Notes under the pieces: generated by a model
The model's database searches: none
What the model was told of the DNA's origin: nothing
What the model saw: only the letters and a program-made list of their open reading frames with translations
Virus record (IMG/VR): IMGVR_UViG_3300045988_070799
Coordinates: 1 to 13,719 of that record
Length of the DNA: 13,719 bases
Strand: one strand, 5' to 3'
DNA from: a virus
Translations under genes and position numbers: made by a program
Shown: positions 13,460 through 13,719 of the stretch, piece by piece
Position numbering within the stretch: position 1 is the stretch's first letter
Layout of the letters: each line of letters opens with the position of its first letter

Positions 13460-13719
13460 TTCCCCTTTCTGGTTTGTGAGGTTTTCCTTCCTCTTTACAA
13501 GTATATAATAGCACGTTCAACGGCTATTGTGAAGATACTGTTAGTTGATTTTGAGGACGAATTTTTTCTACTAACAGTTGAGTTAACAAATGCGTTATAT
13601 AACAGACGTTATATATTGAATGTTGTTTATAAGTGAGTTAGGGTTGACTAATAGGCAGATAGTTATAACTAACTCGCAGACGGTGGGGAAATGACAATTA
13701 TTTTTTTATTACAGGAATA
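13460..13719. repeat. Right inverted terminal repeat (ITR-R)
   Basis: This is the reverse complement of 1-259 with one extra T in the run 13482-13485. It ends exactly at the last base of the window. Confidence 0.97.
13505..13533 (-). promoter_or_regulatory. Identical promoter copy inside ITR-R, facing inward
   Basis: This is the mirror image of 187-215: -10 TATTAT is the reverse complement of 13505-13510, and -35 TTCACA is the reverse complement of 13528-13533. It lies upstream of the minus-strand ATG at 13456. Confidence 0.5.

Noticed and set aside
1-13719. The terminal inverted repeats could mark a transposon or IS element, or a casposon or other polB-carrying mobile element.
   Set aside because: No transposase, integrase or Cas1 is present, and there are no flanking host sequences or target-site duplications. 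The repeats end exactly at the window edges and enclose a full virion, replication and lysis gene set, so they are viral genome termini.

Overview
The window appears to be a complete linear dsDNA phage genome of 13,719 bp. It is bounded exactly at both window ends by 259/260-bp inverted terminal repeats (ITRs) that differ by one homopolymer indel. The gene content is that of a miniature phi29/Cp-1-like, protein-primed podovirus that probably infects a Firmicute, judged from AGGAGG-type ribosome-binding sites (SDs), a YvrJ-like holin candidate and an NlpC/P60 lysin. From left to right on the + strand there is a small ORFan, an 18-aa micro-ORF, a ribbon-helix-helix regulator, a candidate terminal protein, a family-B protein-primed DNA polymerase with all exo and pol motifs, and a phi29 gp5-like SSB candidate. 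A terminator follows, then a phi29 gp16-like encapsidation ATPase. Next comes a near-consensus promoter with a structured leader, followed by holin-like, NlpC/P60 endolysin, scaffold (with an Ala-Pro repeat) and major capsid genes, then a long hairpin. The tail genes follow: tail lysozyme, gp9-like tail knob, gp10-like portal, lower-collar candidate and an internally duplicated tail fibre. A bidirectional terminator separates these from a leftward four-gene operon of overlapping small ORFans that runs inward from the right ITR. Each ITR carries the same inward-facing promoter, 5' UTR and SD. I found no tRNA, CRISPR array, integrase or transposase. All homology statements come from recalled family motifs and sequences and need database confirmation.
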